64,000 bases of DNA from Minisyncoccota bacterium (GTDB lineage: Bacteria > Patescibacteriota > Minisyncoccia > UBA6257 > JAGOQP01), in contig JAGOQP010000003.1 in assembly GCA_017991375.1 (NCBI GenBank), positions 17,525 to 81,524 on the forward strand. The letters run 5' to 3'. Numbering within the stretch: position 1 is the first letter of the stretch; each line of letters begins with the position of its first letter. A program made the translations under genes and the position numbers. The notes under the pieces were generated by a model. The model was not told where the DNA came from and did not search any database. It saw only the letters and a list, made by a program, of their open reading frames with translations. Of this stretch, positions 9,751-21,055 are shown one piece after another.

Positions 9751-10779
9751 ATGCGTCTCACCAAACAAATTATCTATGGCTCAATAGTAATAGTGGTACT
9801 AGCTCTCATAGCGTGGGCGGTCTATAGTACGTTTTTATCTTCCAGCCCGTCTTGTGTTGATGGAAAGAAAAATCAAGAAGAAACGGGCGTTGATTGCGGT
9901 GGACCGTGTCAATCATGCGATATAAAAGCGCTTCAACCTGTTAAAGCCAACTACGCAAAAGTATTTCGCGTTGCTGATGGGGTTGGTGTAATTGTCGAAC
10001 TGTATAACCCAAATAGTCTTTGGGGAGCTCCGTCACTACCTATTGAGCTTGAACTCAAAGATGCTCAGGCAAATACTGTTCAAGTTATTACCTATGAGTT
10101 GTATATCCATGCGGGAGAAGTAAAATATATAATCGAGCCATATATAAAAGATACCCAAGGAGCTATTACGGCGGCACGGGTCGTTATAAAAAATCCCCAG
10201 TGGATTTCGCACGAACAATTTCCAAGACCGGATATCAGCGTGCAGGACGCAAAGACAATCATGGATGGTTCGGTTGCGGTTGCGGCACGAGTGGTTAATC
10301 AGACCGAGCGGGCATATACCGACATAGACGCATACGCGATTGTATTTAACAAAAACAACGAGCCCCTCGCGGGATCAAAAACTATTATTGATTCGCTAGA
10401 TCAATTCGCTCAGCGGGCATTTAAAATATCTTTTTCAAAAGATTTACGCATTTATGAACCGCAGGCTGATCCGAGCGCGTCACTTCCCCGTACATTGAGA
10501 GTGGGTGATTCTGGGTCTGATGTGAAATATCTACAAATGATTCTTTTTGAAAGCGGTCTTTTGGAACGGGATCCAACGGGTTTTTATGATGAACTTACCC
10601 GAGAGTCCATTTTCTCAATGCAACAGCAAGCAGGACTTCCTGCTACGGGAGAGTTGGATGAAATTACCCGTCAAGCGGTCATAGAAGTGTTAAAACAACA
10701 AACACCAACTGTGTCCGCAGAGCAAGATAATTTTCTTGTTGATCCACTTCGCACCAAAATATTTATTGATGCGCGGTAG
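9751..10779 (+). CDS. membrane-anchored protein with C-terminal peptidoglycan-binding domain
   Basis: N-terminal TM helix; Cys motif CVDGKK..CGGPCQSC; C-terminus GDSGSDVKYLQMILFESGLL...GFYDELTRESIFSMQQQAGLPATGELDEITRQAV resembles PG_binding_1. Confidence 0.7.
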   Translation: MRLTKQIIYGSIVIVVLALIAWAVYSTFLSSSPSCVDGKKNQEETGVDCGGPCQSCDIKALQPVKANYAKVFRVADGVGVIVELYNPNSLWGAPSLPIELELKDAQANTVQVITYELYIHAGEVKYIIEPYIKDTQGAITAARVVIKNPQWISHEQFPRPDISVQDAKTIMDGSVAVAARVVNQTERAYTDIDAYAIVFNKNNEPLAGSKTIIDSLDQFAQRAFKISFSKDLRIYEPQADPSASLPRTLRVGDSGSDVKYLQMILFESGLLERDPTGFYDELTRESIFSMQQQAGLPATGELDEITRQAVIEVLKQQTPTVSAEQDNFLVDPLRTKIFIDAR

Positions 10780-10801
10780 CTGATTTTTTGCCTTTTTCAT
10801 C

Positions 10802-10832
10802 AAAAAAGTATAGGATTATCCTATACTTTTTT
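10802..10832. terminator. perfect 15-bp palindrome flanked by an A-run and a T-run (bidirectional terminator-like)
   Basis: AAAAAAGTATAGGAT-T-ATCCTATACTTTTTT lies between the upstream gene stop and the valS start. Confidence 0.55.
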
Positions 10833-10835
10833 GAT

Positions 10836-12956
10836 ATGCATCCTGACTTTCTAAAACCGTATAACTTCAAAGAAAACGAAAGTGTTATATATTCTCAATG
10901 GGATATATCCGGATACTTTAATCCAGACAATCTTCCCGGCGAAAGAAAAAAAGCTTTCTCTATCGTATTGCCCCCGCCAAACGTGACTGGGGTGTTGCAT
11001 ATGGGTCACGCGCTCAATGCAACCATTCAAGATATTCTTACGCGCTATCATCGCATGAAGGGCGAAAAAACTCTCTGGATTCCTGGAACCGATCATGCCG
11101 GCATTGCCACGCAAAATGTGGTAGAAAAACAATTAAAAAAAGAAGGTATTTCTCGTCATGATTTGGGAAAAGAAAAATTTTTGGAAAAGGTATGGGAGTG
11201 GAAAGAAACGTATGGCAATATTATTCTGGATCAATTAAAGAAAATAGGAGCATCGTGCGATTGGTCGCGCGCGCGTTTTACTATGGACAAACAGTACGCT
11301 CGTGCGGTGCAGGAGGTATTTATTCGCTACCATCAAAAGGGGTGGATCTATCAAGGCGACCGGATCGTGAATTGGTGTACCAAAGACGCCACTTCCCTTT
11401 CGGATCTTGAGCTTGAATATAAAGAAGAACAAGGAACGTTATGGTATATAAAATATCCACTCAAGGATGGAAGATATATTATAGTTGCTACCACACGCCC
11501 CGAAACAATGTTGGGAGACGCAGCTGTTGCTGTGCATCCACAAGACGAACGATACAATGACTTTATTGGTAACACAGTACTTCTTCCACTGGTGGGAAGA
11601 GAAATTCCTATTATTGGGGATAGTTCAGTCGAAAAAGAATTTGGCACGGGGGCGGTTAAAGTAACGCCCGCGCATGACTTTGCCGACGCGGAGATGGGTG
11701 AGCGTCATGCACTCCCGATATTTCAAGTTATTAACGAACGAGGGAAAATGACCGCGTTGGCGGGCGAGGAATTTGAGAATTTAAAAGTCATCGAAGCACG
11801 CGCGAAGGTGGTAGAAAAGCTTAAAAAAGCGGGTTTGGTGGAAAAAGAAGAGCCCTACACGCACAGCGTTGCTCATTGCTATCGTTGTGATACGGTTATA
11901 GAGCCGCTTATTTCAAAACAGTGGTTTTTAAAAATGAGCGAACTCGCGCAAAAAGCGATCGAAGAAGTCGAAAGTGGGCGCGTTGTTTTTTATCCGGATC
12001 GGTGGAAAAAAGTATATCTTGAATGGCTTTCAAAAGTTAAGGATTGGTGTATCTCGCGACAAATTTGGTGGGGACACGCCGTTCCCATTGAGGGTTCTAC
12101 TGATGTGTTGGATACATGGTTTTCTTCGGCGCTGTGGCCGTTTGCTACTCTTGGATGGCCAGAGAAAACAAAAGATCTAGAAACGTTCTATCCAACCTCA
12201 GTGCTTTCTACCGCGCGGGACATTATTAATTTATGGGTCGCGCGTATGATTTTTTCCGGGAAAGAACTCATGGGAGAAAAACCATTTTCTGATGTTATTA
12301 TTCATGCGACGATCTTGGCAAAAGATGGACGCAGGATGTCAAAATCATTAGGAACAGGAATTGATCCAATGACGCTTATAGAAAAATATGGCGCTGATGC
12401 AACGCGATTTGGACTTATATGGCAAGCAATGGGTGGGCAAGATATAAAGTGGGCCGATGAGCACGTGGTCGCCGGGCAGAAATTCGCAAACAAACTATGG
12501 AACATCGCGCGATTTGTTTTGGACAATACAAATTATGAAGATTTTGACAATATGGAGTCATACGAATGGAATCTTGAAGAAGAAGCTATTGTGAACGAGT
12601 TTCAGTTATTAAACAAAATTAATTTCAATAACAAATACGTTCGAAAACCACACAATAAACCCGATTGTGAGGCTATAGAGAAATATATAAATGAATATGA
12701 ATTTGGACAGGCGCTTCATATCGCCTATGATTTAATTTGGCATAAATTTGCTGATAAATATATAGAATATGCAAAAATAAGATTAAGACAGGGTGACCAA
12801 AAAGAACAAAAAAAACAAAAAGCTATTTTATTTCAATCTCTCGTAAAAATAATCAAACTTCTACATCCTTTTATGCCATTTGTAACCGAAGCAATTTATC
12901 AACGATTCCCCGCCCAAGTTAAAAGTAAGGGCCTTCTCATGATTGAGGATTGGTAG
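10836..12956 (+). CDS. valS: valyl-tRNA synthetase (short form)
   Basis: PPPNVTGVLHMGHAL (HIGH), KMSKSLGT (KMSKS), WCISRQ; matches ValS over its length. The C-terminal coiled coil is absent. Confidence 0.9.
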   Translation: MHPDFLKPYNFKENESVIYSQWDISGYFNPDNLPGERKKAFSIVLPPPNVTGVLHMGHALNATIQDILTRYHRMKGEKTLWIPGTDHAGIATQNVVEKQLKKEGISRHDLGKEKFLEKVWEWKETYGNIILDQLKKIGASCDWSRARFTMDKQYARAVQEVFIRYHQKGWIYQGDRIVNWCTKDATSLSDLELEYKEEQGTLWYIKYPLKDGRYIIVATTRPETMLGDAAVAVHPQDERYNDFIGNTVLLPLVGREIPIIGDSSVEKEFGTGAVKVTPAHDFADAEMGERHALPIFQVINERGKMTALAGEEFENLKVIEARAKVVEKLKKAGLVEKEEPYTHSVAHCYRCDTVIEPLISKQWFLKMSELAQKAIEEVESGRVVFYPDRWKKVYLEWLSKVKDWCISRQIWWGHAVPIEGSTDVLDTWFSSALWPFATLGWPEKTKDLETFYPTSVLSTARDIINLWVARMIFSGKELMGEKPFSDVIIHATILAKDGRRMSKSLGTGIDPMTLIEKYGADATRFGLIWQAMGGQDIKWADEHVVAGQKFANKLWNIARFVLDNTNYEDFDNMESYEWNLEEEAIVNEFQLLNKINFNNKYVRKPHNKPDCEAIEKYINEYEFGQALHIAYDLIWHKFADKYIEYAKIRLRQGDQKEQKKQKAILFQSLVKIIKLLHPFMPFVTEAIYQRFPAQVKSKGLLMIEDW

Positions 12957-13140
12957 CGTGACTATGCGAGCTACAACATACGTCTTTCGGTTAAGGACTA
13001 GTAGTTAATGATTAATGATTTCTTTTCACCTTTCCATTTATCCTGTCTTCGACTCTGAGGGATGAGCCCTCAGGCTCAGACTCGAACGAGAGTCCTCGAA
13101 GGGCTTTTCACTTTTGTCTTCGTGGGTTACACTTAGACGT

Positions 13141-13839
13141 ATGAGTGTTTTTATCGCCCTTATTCTTGGTTTTATCCCTAGCATCGCTTGGTTGGCATTT
13201 TTCCTTAAAGAAGATATTCACCCCGAGCCACGCAAAATGATTGCGCGCGCCTTTTTGTTTGGAGGCATGTCTGCGCTTATCTCATTGGGGCTGGAGATGG
13301 CATTTAATGGCCTGCTGAGCAATGTGGTTATAACACTCCCTCATCTTATTGAAGAAAACATATCCGTTTTTATAGGATTTGCCCTTATAGAAGAAGCGGT
13401 AAAATTCGTCTTGGTATATTTAGCGGTTAGAAAGAGTCCCTATTTTGATGAACCGATTGACGCTATGATTTATATGGTTACCGGCGCCTTGGGATTTGCT
13501 ATGGCGGAAAATTTTTTCATTGCGTACTCAGGAAGAGAACAGGACATACTCTCGCTGATTGTTTTGCGTTTTATTGGGGCTACACTGCTCCATGCGCTCG
13601 CGTCAGGAATTATCGGTCACTATTGGGCGCGGGGGATTAAGTTTAAAATGGAAGGAAAAATGATTGTCGCCGGAGTGGTGCTTGCCACAGCGTTCCATGC
13701 GGCATTCAATTATCTGGTCTTTAAGTTCAACGATTATTTGGTGTATCCCACTCTCTTTCTCATTTTTGTCGGGTTTTTTGTTCTGTATGATTTTGAAGAG
13801 CTTAAAAAGATGGAGGGCCCAGCGAGCGTTAACGATTAA
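13141..13839 (+). CDS. PrsW-family intramembrane protease-like protein
   Basis: Multi-TM protein with EEAVKF, FAMAEN and HALASGIIGHYW motifs characteristic of PrsW / CPBP-like membrane proteases. Confidence 0.6.
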   Translation: MSVFIALILGFIPSIAWLAFFLKEDIHPEPRKMIARAFLFGGMSALISLGLEMAFNGLLSNVVITLPHLIEENISVFIGFALIEEAVKFVLVYLAVRKSPYFDEPIDAMIYMVTGALGFAMAENFFIAYSGREQDILSLIVLRFIGATLLHALASGIIGHYWARGIKFKMEGKMIVAGVVLATAFHAAFNYLVFKFNDYLVYPTLFLIFVGFFVLYDFEELKKMEGPASVND

Positions 13840-13910
13840 CGATAAAGGAGGGCGTTACCCTTTCCACTTTAAACTTTCCTCTTTTCACTCTATATGCTAT
13901 ACTTCATTAT

Positions 13911-14423
13911 ATGAGCGAAAACAATAAAGATTTTTTTGAACAACTCGCGGGGCTTTCAGGGGAAGGAGATATCCCAGAGCCGGAGTTGGTGAAGGCCGAC
14001 ATTCTTTCAAAGAAATTAGACAAACCGGAACTGGAAGAGAAAGAGGTGCCTATTAATGGAGCTGATGATGGCGAGCTTGGGTTTGAAGACGCTGAGGGGC
14101 ATCTTGTTATTGATGTATATCAAGATTCTGCTTCTATTGTTATTGAATCAACGGTCGCGGGAGTAGATGCAAACGACATAGATGTCGCGATCACTCCAGA
14201 ATCGGTGACTATAAAGGGAAAGCGGTCAAAAAAAGAACGAGTCAAAAAAGACGATTATTTGTACCAGGAATGTTTCTGGGGAAAGTTTTCTCGGTCCGTT
14301 ATTTTACCGCAGGAGATTGATCCAGAGAAATCATCAGCTTCGCTTAAAAATGGATTGCTCAAGATTGTGTTGCCGAAAGTAAACAGACAACATGGTAAAA
14401 AAATAAAGATAAAACTGGACTAA
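13911..14423 (+). CDS. Hsp20/alpha-crystallin family small heat shock protein
   Basis: Alpha-crystallin domain with GLLKIVLPK near the C-terminus; 170 aa. Confidence 0.8.
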   Translation: MSENNKDFFEQLAGLSGEGDIPEPELVKADILSKKLDKPELEEKEVPINGADDGELGFEDAEGHLVIDVYQDSASIVIESTVAGVDANDIDVAITPESVTIKGKRSKKERVKKDDYLYQECFWGKFSRSVILPQEIDPEKSSASLKNGLLKIVLPKVNRQHGKKIKIKLD

Positions 14424-14490
14424 CGTCCAGTTTTAGATTCTATTATCCTTGGTCTTTCCCTCGTGTATTTTTTGGCGCATAATAGTGTGT

Positions 14491-16155
14491 ATGGAACGTT
14501 TCACGCATGAACAAGAGGTAGTGCCACAAGACGCTCAACAAGAAGAAAATCCTCCAGTGGTTATTCAAGGTAAGCGCCCAGATGAATACATAGAATCGCT
14601 TAAAAAAGCTGGGCTTGAAAAGCATGCGGCAGTATTTGCGGTTATCGTAGCGGTCGCGCGCATTATTCAAGAAAGGGGAGGGCGAGCGATGCTGGTGGGC
14701 GGAGCGGTTCGTGACGAGCTCACTGATAAACATCCAAACGATTTTGATATTGAAGTGTACAATGTTGACGAGGGAGAGCTCAAAAAGATATTAGAAGGGA
14801 TTGGCGAAGTTGAGGAATGTGGACAAGTATACGGGATTTTTAAAGTTCACATAGAAGGTATTAGTGTCGATTTTTCACTTCCGCGTAAAGAGCGTTCAAC
14901 AGGAGATACACATAAGGATATTGAAGTTGAATCAGCCCCCGATCTCTCTTTTAGGCAAGCAGCCCAGCGGCGGGACTTTACTATAAACGCGTTCTTAAAA
15001 GATGTACTAACCGGAGAAATTTTTGATTACTTTGGTGGTATTGATGATCTAAGGCAACGTCGTTTGCGCATGGTAAGTGAGAGAACGTTTGCCGAAGATC
15101 CCTTGCGTCCAATGCGCGCTCCCCAATTTGTCGGAAGGTTTGGGTTTTTTGTTGATCACGCAACGCAAGAGGAAATTAAAAAAGTAACACAAAAACTTGC
15201 GACTCTCCCCGTTTCACGTTTGCGGGACGAATGGAAAAAACTTCTTACCAGATCAAAAACGCCATCACTAGGACTTTCGGCCGCGATGGGTCTTGGAATT
15301 TTAGAAACATTATACGGCGATGAGGTACTCCCACTTACTCACACAGAACAGGATCCGCATAAACACCCGGAGGGGAACGTATGGATTCATACCATGCAAG
15401 CGGTTGACAGTGCTCGTCGCGTTATAGACGCGCTTAACAAAAATCATCGCCAAGGGAGGCAGGATGGTATGAGCATAGAAAGCGAAGAGGAGCTTGTTAT
15501 ACTACTTGCGACTTTTTGTCATGACTTTGGGAAACCAAAAGCAACAAAAAAAGAAGAGGGCAAAATAACATCGTACGAACACGAACAAATGGGACTTGAG
15601 CCCGCGGCGGCATTTTTAGAAAAGATTGGAACAAAAAAGAAAGTAATAGATAAAGTTCTCAAAATAGTGCGGTGTCACCGCAGAGCGCTCGATATGATGA
15701 AAGCGTTTCAAGATGGCAAGGTATCAAGCCGTATGATTCGAAGGTTGGTACAGGATGTATTTCCGGCAAGCGTAAAGGAGTTACTTGTGGTCGCGGTAGC
15801 GGATAGTATGGGTCGTGTTGGATTGCCTAATGTTATGAAGGCACAACTTCTTGATGTAAAAGAATTGCGCGCCATACAGGCATTGAGCGACTTAGCTCAA
15901 CAAGAAGTGGGAGAACATAATCGCCCCAAACAAGCAATCGCTGGACAGGAACTTATTGCCCTTGGCATTGAGCCCCGCGCGCGATCAGACGCGGAGTTTG
16001 GTCAATTACTATCACTGGTAAATGCGTTAGTCGATCACCACGGCATTGAGAAAGCATGGGTTATAAGCGAGCTAGAGAAACAAAAAGGAAAACCACTCCG
16101 CGTGGTTGCTGAGTATCTTCAAAGGCGTTTTAAGAAAGAGAAACCAAAGAAATAA
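14491..16155 (+). CDS. cca: CCA-adding tRNA nucleotidyltransferase with HD domain
   Basis: GGAVRDEL and DFDIEV (class II nucleotidyltransferase head), plus HD motif CHDFGKP. The start is taken at MERFTHEQ. Confidence 0.8.
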   Translation: MERFTHEQEVVPQDAQQEENPPVVIQGKRPDEYIESLKKAGLEKHAAVFAVIVAVARIIQERGGRAMLVGGAVRDELTDKHPNDFDIEVYNVDEGELKKILEGIGEVEECGQVYGIFKVHIEGISVDFSLPRKERSTGDTHKDIEVESAPDLSFRQAAQRRDFTINAFLKDVLTGEIFDYFGGIDDLRQRRLRMVSERTFAEDPLRPMRAPQFVGRFGFFVDHATQEEIKKVTQKLATLPVSRLRDEWKKLLTRSKTPSLGLSAAMGLGILETLYGDEVLPLTHTEQDPHKHPEGNVWIHTMQAVDSARRVIDALNKNHRQGRQDGMSIESEEELVILLATFCHDFGKPKATKKEEGKITSYEHEQMGLEPAAAFLEKIGTKKKVIDKVLKIVRCHRRALDMMKAFQDGKVSSRMIRRLVQDVFPASVKELLVVAVADSMGRVGLPNVMKAQLLDVKELRAIQALSDLAQQEVGEHNRPKQAIAGQELIALGIEPRARSDAEFGQLLSLVNALVDHHGIEKAWVISELEKQKGKPLRVVAEYLQRRFKKEKPKK

Positions 16156-16161
16156 AAGACA

Positions 16162-17964
16162 CTAATTCTCTGGAGCATTATTGACGATGCGTTCTTTTCG
16201 TACACGATCCAGTTGTGATCGAATTTGTTTTCTCAGGCGGATATTTTTGGGCGTGATTTCCAGATAGTCATCTTTGTTCATAATTTCGAGTCCTCGTTCG
16301 AGCGTGAGCGTAAGCGGGGGAGTAAGTTGGATCGCTTCGTCCGCTCGTGCCGCGCGCATATTGGTAAGATTTTTTCCTTTAGTAGGATTAACAGTTAAAT
16401 CAATTCCTTTTGATACGTTGCCGATAATCATTCCTTCATATACTTCGATTCCTGGCCCAATATAGAGTGTGCCACGCTCTTGAAGATTTGCGAGCGCGTA
16501 CCCAAGGGCTGTTCCGGTCTCCATGGATACCATGGAGCCAACATCTTTTTTGCGAATATCTCCCACATAGGGTCGAAATCCGATAAATCGACTGCATAAA
16601 ATTCCCTCACCGCGCGTGTCTATAACAAATTCGTTGCGGTACCCTAAAAGTCCTCGTGTGGGAACCTCAAATATAAGTCGTAGCCAATTGTCGTGTTGAT
16701 GTGTCGCGGTCATAACGCCACGTCGTTTTCCCATTTTCTCAATAACCACCCCCGAGAGTTCCTGAGGAACATCAACCACTACCTCTTCGTATGGCTCCAT
16801 CTGTTGCCCGTCAATGTGTTTGATGATAACCTCTGGTTGTGATACTTGAAGCTCATATCCCTCGCGACGCATATTTTCAAGCAGTATCGCGATATGCAAC
16901 TCGCCTCGTCCAAAAACAGTGCAATAATCATTTGACGAAAAATCAACACGCAAACCGATATTAACCTCCAATTCCTTCTCTAGTCGTTCGCGAATCTGTC
17001 TGGTGGTGACGAATTTTCCATCGCGTCCAGCAAATGGAGAATCATTTACTAAGAAAGTAAGACAAATGGTTGGCTCATCAACGGTAATCGCGGGGAGCGC
17101 TTTTTGGTCTACTGACGCGCATATCGTTTCTCCGATATCAATATCCGTGATGCCGGCGATCATAACAATATCTCCAGCTTGAACATGAGGAACTTCCTTG
17201 CGCGCGAGTCCGTTAAAAGTAAATAATTTTATGACTTTTGCTGATCGTGTTTCTCCTGATGGTTTTTTAACTACAACCGTTTCTCCGACTGATACAGATC
17301 CTTCGTATACGCGGCAAATTGCCATGCGCCCAAGAAAATTGTCATACGCAAGATTAAATGATTGCGCGCTGAGAGGGGCATCAATATAAGCGGGTGCGGG
17401 AGCGACGACTTCTAATATCGTTTCAAGTAATGGCGTTAAATCGGAAGAGGTGTCGGTAAGATGTTTCTTTGCGATACCATCCCGTCCTATTGCGTAGATA
17501 GTGTGGAAATTAAGTTGTTCGTCGGTCGCGCCAAGATCAAAAAAGAGTTCATATACTTGATCATGAGTTCGTGCCGGGTCTGCCGCGGCCTTGTCTATTT
17601 TATTGATAACCACAATCGGCTTAAGACCAAGCTCGAGTGATTTTTTGAGCACGAAGCGGGTTTGTGGCATCGGACCTTCTTGCGCGTCTACCACTAACAA
17701 TACCGAATCAATAGAGCGCAATACGCGCTCGACTTCTGATCCAAAATCAGCATGACCAGGTGTGTCAACGATGTTAATTTTTGTATCCCTAAAAAAGAGA
17801 GAGGCGTTTTTTGAATAAATCGTAATACCACGCTCTTTTTCGAGCGCGTTACTATCCATGCTCACCCCACTTTCAACCATTCCCGTTTGACGCATAAGCG
17901 CGTCAGTAAGGGCTGTTTTTCCATGGTCAACGTGAGCAATAATTGCGATATTGCGTATTTCCAT
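16162..17964 (-). CDS. typA: translational GTPase TypA/BipA
   Basis: [30 protein letters not shown]; BipA-like domain order. The start is taken at MEIRNIAII. Confidence 0.88.
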   Translation of the reverse strand: MEIRNIAIIAHVDHGKTALTDALMRQTGMVESGVSMDSNALEKERGITIYSKNASLFFRDTKINIVDTPGHADFGSEVERVLRSIDSVLLVVDAQEGPMPQTRFVLKKSLELGLKPIVVINKIDKAAADPARTHDQVYELFFDLGATDEQLNFHTIYAIGRDGIAKKHLTDTSSDLTPLLETILEVVAPAPAYIDAPLSAQSFNLAYDNFLGRMAICRVYEGSVSVGETVVVKKPSGETRSAKVIKLFTFNGLARKEVPHVQAGDIVMIAGITDIDIGETICASVDQKALPAITVDEPTICLTFLVNDSPFAGRDGKFVTTRQIRERLEKELEVNIGLRVDFSSNDYCTVFGRGELHIAILLENMRREGYELQVSQPEVIIKHIDGQQMEPYEEVVVDVPQELSGVVIEKMGKRRGVMTATHQHDNWLRLIFEVPTRGLLGYRNEFVIDTRGEGILCSRFIGFRPYVGDIRKKDVGSMVSMETGTALGYALANLQERGTLYIGPGIEVYEGMIIGNVSKGIDLTVNPTKGKNLTNMRAARADEAIQLTPPLTLTLERGLEIMNKDDYLEITPKNIRLRKQIRSQLDRVRKERIVNNAPEN

Positions 17965-18184
17965 ACAAGATAAAGCAGGACTTGATTTAATCAAATATCA
18001 GCCCCAATGTCAAAAAATAACAGACATTCGAGTTGCAAAAGTCAGTAAAATAGAGCACAATAACAGAGCAAAAATTAGATAAAAGATGAACGTTATGCGA
18101 TCAACGATGAAAGATGAATGGTTACCAGATAGTTCTGTGTTGTAAGTCGTTAGTCGTTAGTTGTTAGTTATTGGTTAACGTCCC

Positions 18185-18256
18185 GCTCCCATCGTTCAAT
18201 GGATAGGACGCAAGATTGCGGATCTTGTAATTGAGGTTCGACTCCTCATGGGAGCA
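18185..18256 (+). tRNA. tRNA-Arg (anticodon GCG), no encoded CCA
   Basis: Hand-folded cloverleaf: acceptor GCTCCCA/TGGGAGC, T-loop TTCGACT, anticodon loop TTGCGGA. GTTG-type repeats flank it on both sides in inverted orientation. Confidence 0.65.
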
Positions 18257-18561
18257 CATAATTTTTACTCAACAACATACAACCAACAACCGACAACAAA
18301 ATAACTTCCAAAATGGGAGTTTTTATTGATTATATGTCGTCGGTTGTCAGTTAATGTGATGCTGTACTCTCCGCGTTTTCGGTGCGGCAAATCCCTCAGC
18401 AAAAATATAAACAGTAGAATCGTACCAATAAAAATTTCAAGTTCTTCTTTAGCGACGAATACTTTGAATGAATTAAATATGGAAAATTATGGAATTTTTC
18501 AATTATAGAAAAATAAGAACCCCAAGCAGACTTAATCCGCAAGGGGTTTTAGTTCTTGGGT

Positions 18562-18900
18562 TCATAGGACTATTGAGATGATCAACGTCGCAACGAGTTG
18601 CGCGGCGATGATCATCGGATGAACCTTGATGCCGAACCTCTTCAGGTAGTGGCAGGTGAACGACCCGCTGTATGTCGTGCTTGAATCGCATCTCGCACGA
18701 AGCGTCTTTTCGAGTGCAGTAAGCGGGCACCCAAGCCACAATAGTTGCGAAACGATTGTGGTCGTGAAAACGACAATATTGATTGGCCTGTACCACCCAA
18801 GGTGGAAGACAAACTCCAAGAGAATGCCCGCCACTAGCATAACTATCCAGATCAGATGGAGGCAGGCCGTGGCATCCGCCAACTTGCGGTAGATATTCAC
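18562..18900 (-). CDS. hypothetical small membrane protein
   Basis: 112 aa with three hydrophobic helices, in a GC-rich islet. It overlaps a longer alternative-frame ORF (18503..19114) that looks less protein-like. Confidence 0.4.
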   Translation of the reverse strand: MNIYRKLADATACLHLIWIVMLVAGILLEFVFHLGWYRPINIVVFTTTIVSQLLWLGCPLTALEKTLRARCDSSTTYSGSFTCHYLKRFGIKVHPMIIAAQLVATLIISIVL

Positions 18901-19505
18901 TTAGCACCTCCTTCGTGGCTTTCCTCTGAAAAAGAACAGTTCTCTGCGGCGCTATTACCGGAGAGACTATCAAGTTCTTACGACTTGGTAGTGAATCCAT
19001 TATAGCATATATGTGTTCCAGAGTCAATAGAGCTAAAAAGCCCACATTTTTAGCTTTTTCTAGGTTTTGTATCCAATAAAAATTCTCTTTTTTACCATTT
19101 TCTCGATAGTACACCCAGTAGGAATTTTACGTCGTTCTTCGACTGCGTGTTCAGAACTCTTCAGGCACTCACGGCGTCTAAACATTTTTGTAGAACTTTT
19201 CATAGTTGTCATAAAATCGAAATACAGTAGAAACAATATAAATGTTCTTGTTGTATGTCGTCGGTCGTTAGTTGTAAGTTAGCGCTGTGCAGAATACTTG
19301 AATTAGTCCGAACCGCTTTCGCCGCCTGCGGCGGCGCGGAAGCCCCCCGCGAAAATCCGAAAAGGCGGCGGAGCCGCACGAATGACAATTTCAAGTTTTT
19401 CTTTGGCGGATTCGGATTACTGAAATTCTAACGAATTTCAGTCTTGGCGGCAAATTCTTGTTCTTTTAAAAAGATAATGGGCACCCTCTTGCGAGAATGC
19501 CCATG

Positions 19506-20141
19506 TTACGTCCGAAGGTGAGCAAGCGATCGTGCGATGTTTCGCCGAGCTTGCGTTTCGTACTTGTCGCGGAAGAACTGCGTCGCGTAGATGTCCGATC
19601 GTTCGAGGAACGACTTGAGTATCGCCGATCGTCCAGCAACAAACGCATCTTCGGAAACCCACTCGTACTCTTTGCGAACCTGCCGCTCATATTCATCGAA
19701 CCCTTCCTCGGCTTGTCCGAGAATAGAAAGGTCGATGTCCACGAGAAGCTGAACGTCGGAGTCGCTGGGGGTCGCCGCATGCTTCGTTGCCATGATGAGA
19801 TTTGTCACCGATTGTCCGAGGTTGTCGGGCAACGAAGCATTTCTCACCATTTCCACCGCGAGCGCTGCACTCCGCTCTTCGCTGTCCTTGGCCTTGGTAT
19901 CGTAGATTGCGTCGTGATACCAGAGGGCCAACTCCACTGCGTCAGGATTTACAGCGAGGTCTCGGGCTTGCTCGAGCTCATCGAGGCAATGCCCGATGTG
20001 TTGGAGCGTGTGGTACGCTCGGTGCGGTTCGGAGTATCGCGCAACAAGGTCGTTGTACGCCCCGCTCGCGCCTCCTTGCGCACCAAGGCGTTGACACATG
20101 GCTGTCCAGCGTTGTTCGAGTATCATCGTCATATTCCTCAT
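19506..20141 (-). CDS. HD-superfamily phosphohydrolase (COG4339-like)
   Basis: PHRAYHTLQHIGHCL ... LALWYHDAIYD are the conserved His/Asp motifs. The start is chosen at the ATG that makes an ATGA overlap with the upstream gene stop. Confidence 0.65.
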   Translation of the reverse strand: MRNMTMILEQRWTAMCQRLGAQGGASGAYNDLVARYSEPHRAYHTLQHIGHCLDELEQARDLAVNPDAVELALWYHDAIYDTKAKDSEERSAALAVEMVRNASLPDNLGQSVTNLIMATKHAATPSDSDVQLLVDIDLSILGQAEEGFDEYERQVRKEYEWVSEDAFVAGRSAILKSFLERSDIYATQFFRDKYETQARRNIARSLAHLRT

Positions 20142-20407
20142 TGTAGCGAGATTTTGTAGATGACACGAGGCGTGTGAGGTCCATCCTCGAACGGGCTCGC
20201 TGGCGGAGTCGCCCATTCCTTCTTCTGCTTCTCCCGGTAGACGCGAGCTTCGGCAACTTTCTTCTCCCAGATTCCTTTCGCTTCCGCGATCGCTCCGTCC
20301 TCCGTGGTCGCTTTCAGAGGAATTTCCTCGTGCTCGATCGTTCCGGCAAGACCTCCTCCGAACGTGTCTCGGTAGGTGTACACGAAGTACCATTTTCCGC
20401 GGTTCAT
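20138..20407 (-). CDS. hypothetical protein, translationally coupled to the HD hydrolase
   Basis: 89 aa, KWYFVYTYRDTFGGG...; its stop overlaps the downstream start. Confidence 0.5.
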   Translation of the reverse strand: MNRGKWYFVYTYRDTFGGGLAGTIEHEEIPLKATTEDGAIAEAKGIWEKKVAEARVYREKQKKEWATPPASPFEDGPHTPRVIYKISLQ

Positions 20408-20677
20408 GTTTTACCTCCTTTCAAGGTACGGATTTGTTTCACCTAGACACTCTGTCCAGATTTCAATTAAAGATATCATATCATATCATAAAAGTCAAGC
20501 TCACGCAAGTACAACAAAAAAACCTTTATTTCAGGCTATTTTCACTTTTAAATCCAATGTTTAAAATTTTTTTTCTGTTTTTAACAAAATCGGAAATTTC
20601 TTTTTGCCCCGAAAAATCCGTATGATTTGGCCGCCGAGCACCGCGAATCGACATCTAAATCCTTGACTTTCCCAACG

Positions 20678-20752
20678 TGGTGCACCCAGTAGGAATTGAA
20701 CCTACATTCCGAGCTTCGGAGGCCCGTGTTCTATCCGTTAAACTATGGGTGC
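20678..20752 (-). tRNA. tRNA-Arg (anticodon CCG) with encoded CCA
   Basis: Acceptor GCACCCA/TGGGTGC, T-loop TTCAATT, anticodon loop CTCCGAA. Confidence 0.75.
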
Positions 20753-21055
20753 ATAAAAGCTTAGAGCGTTATAGCTTATGGCGTGTAGCTCGATGCGACA
20801 GATATGAAATACTATAGTCCTGTGCTTATCAACATTACAATGATCGTCTCATATGCGCAATATACTATTTATTTGTAATGCAATTAACGGCGAACGATGA
20901 AATATGAGTGACTACTTAACCTTCGGCTGATAATTGTCGGTTCTGTTGTTGGTTGTTAGTTGTAGGTTGTTGGTTTATTATGCTCATGGTCATTTACCAT
21001 ACACTCTTTACTGCTCACTATTCACCATGCTTCGCAGTATGCTACCCTAATAGCA

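Noticed and set aside
10802-10832. Protein-binding operator reading of the 15-bp palindrome upstream of valS
   Set aside because: The flanking A6 and T6 runs make a bidirectional intrinsic terminator the simpler explanation.
18503-19114. 203-aa minus-strand ORF
   Set aside because: Odd Cys/His/Trp/Pro-rich composition. The overlapping 112-aa alternative-frame ORF with clear TM helices is more plausible, and even that is low confidence.
19497-20159. 220-aa plus-strand ORF and 19802..20146 ORF
   Set aside because: They are antisense to the HD-hydrolase gene in a GC-rich region and have Arg-rich composition.
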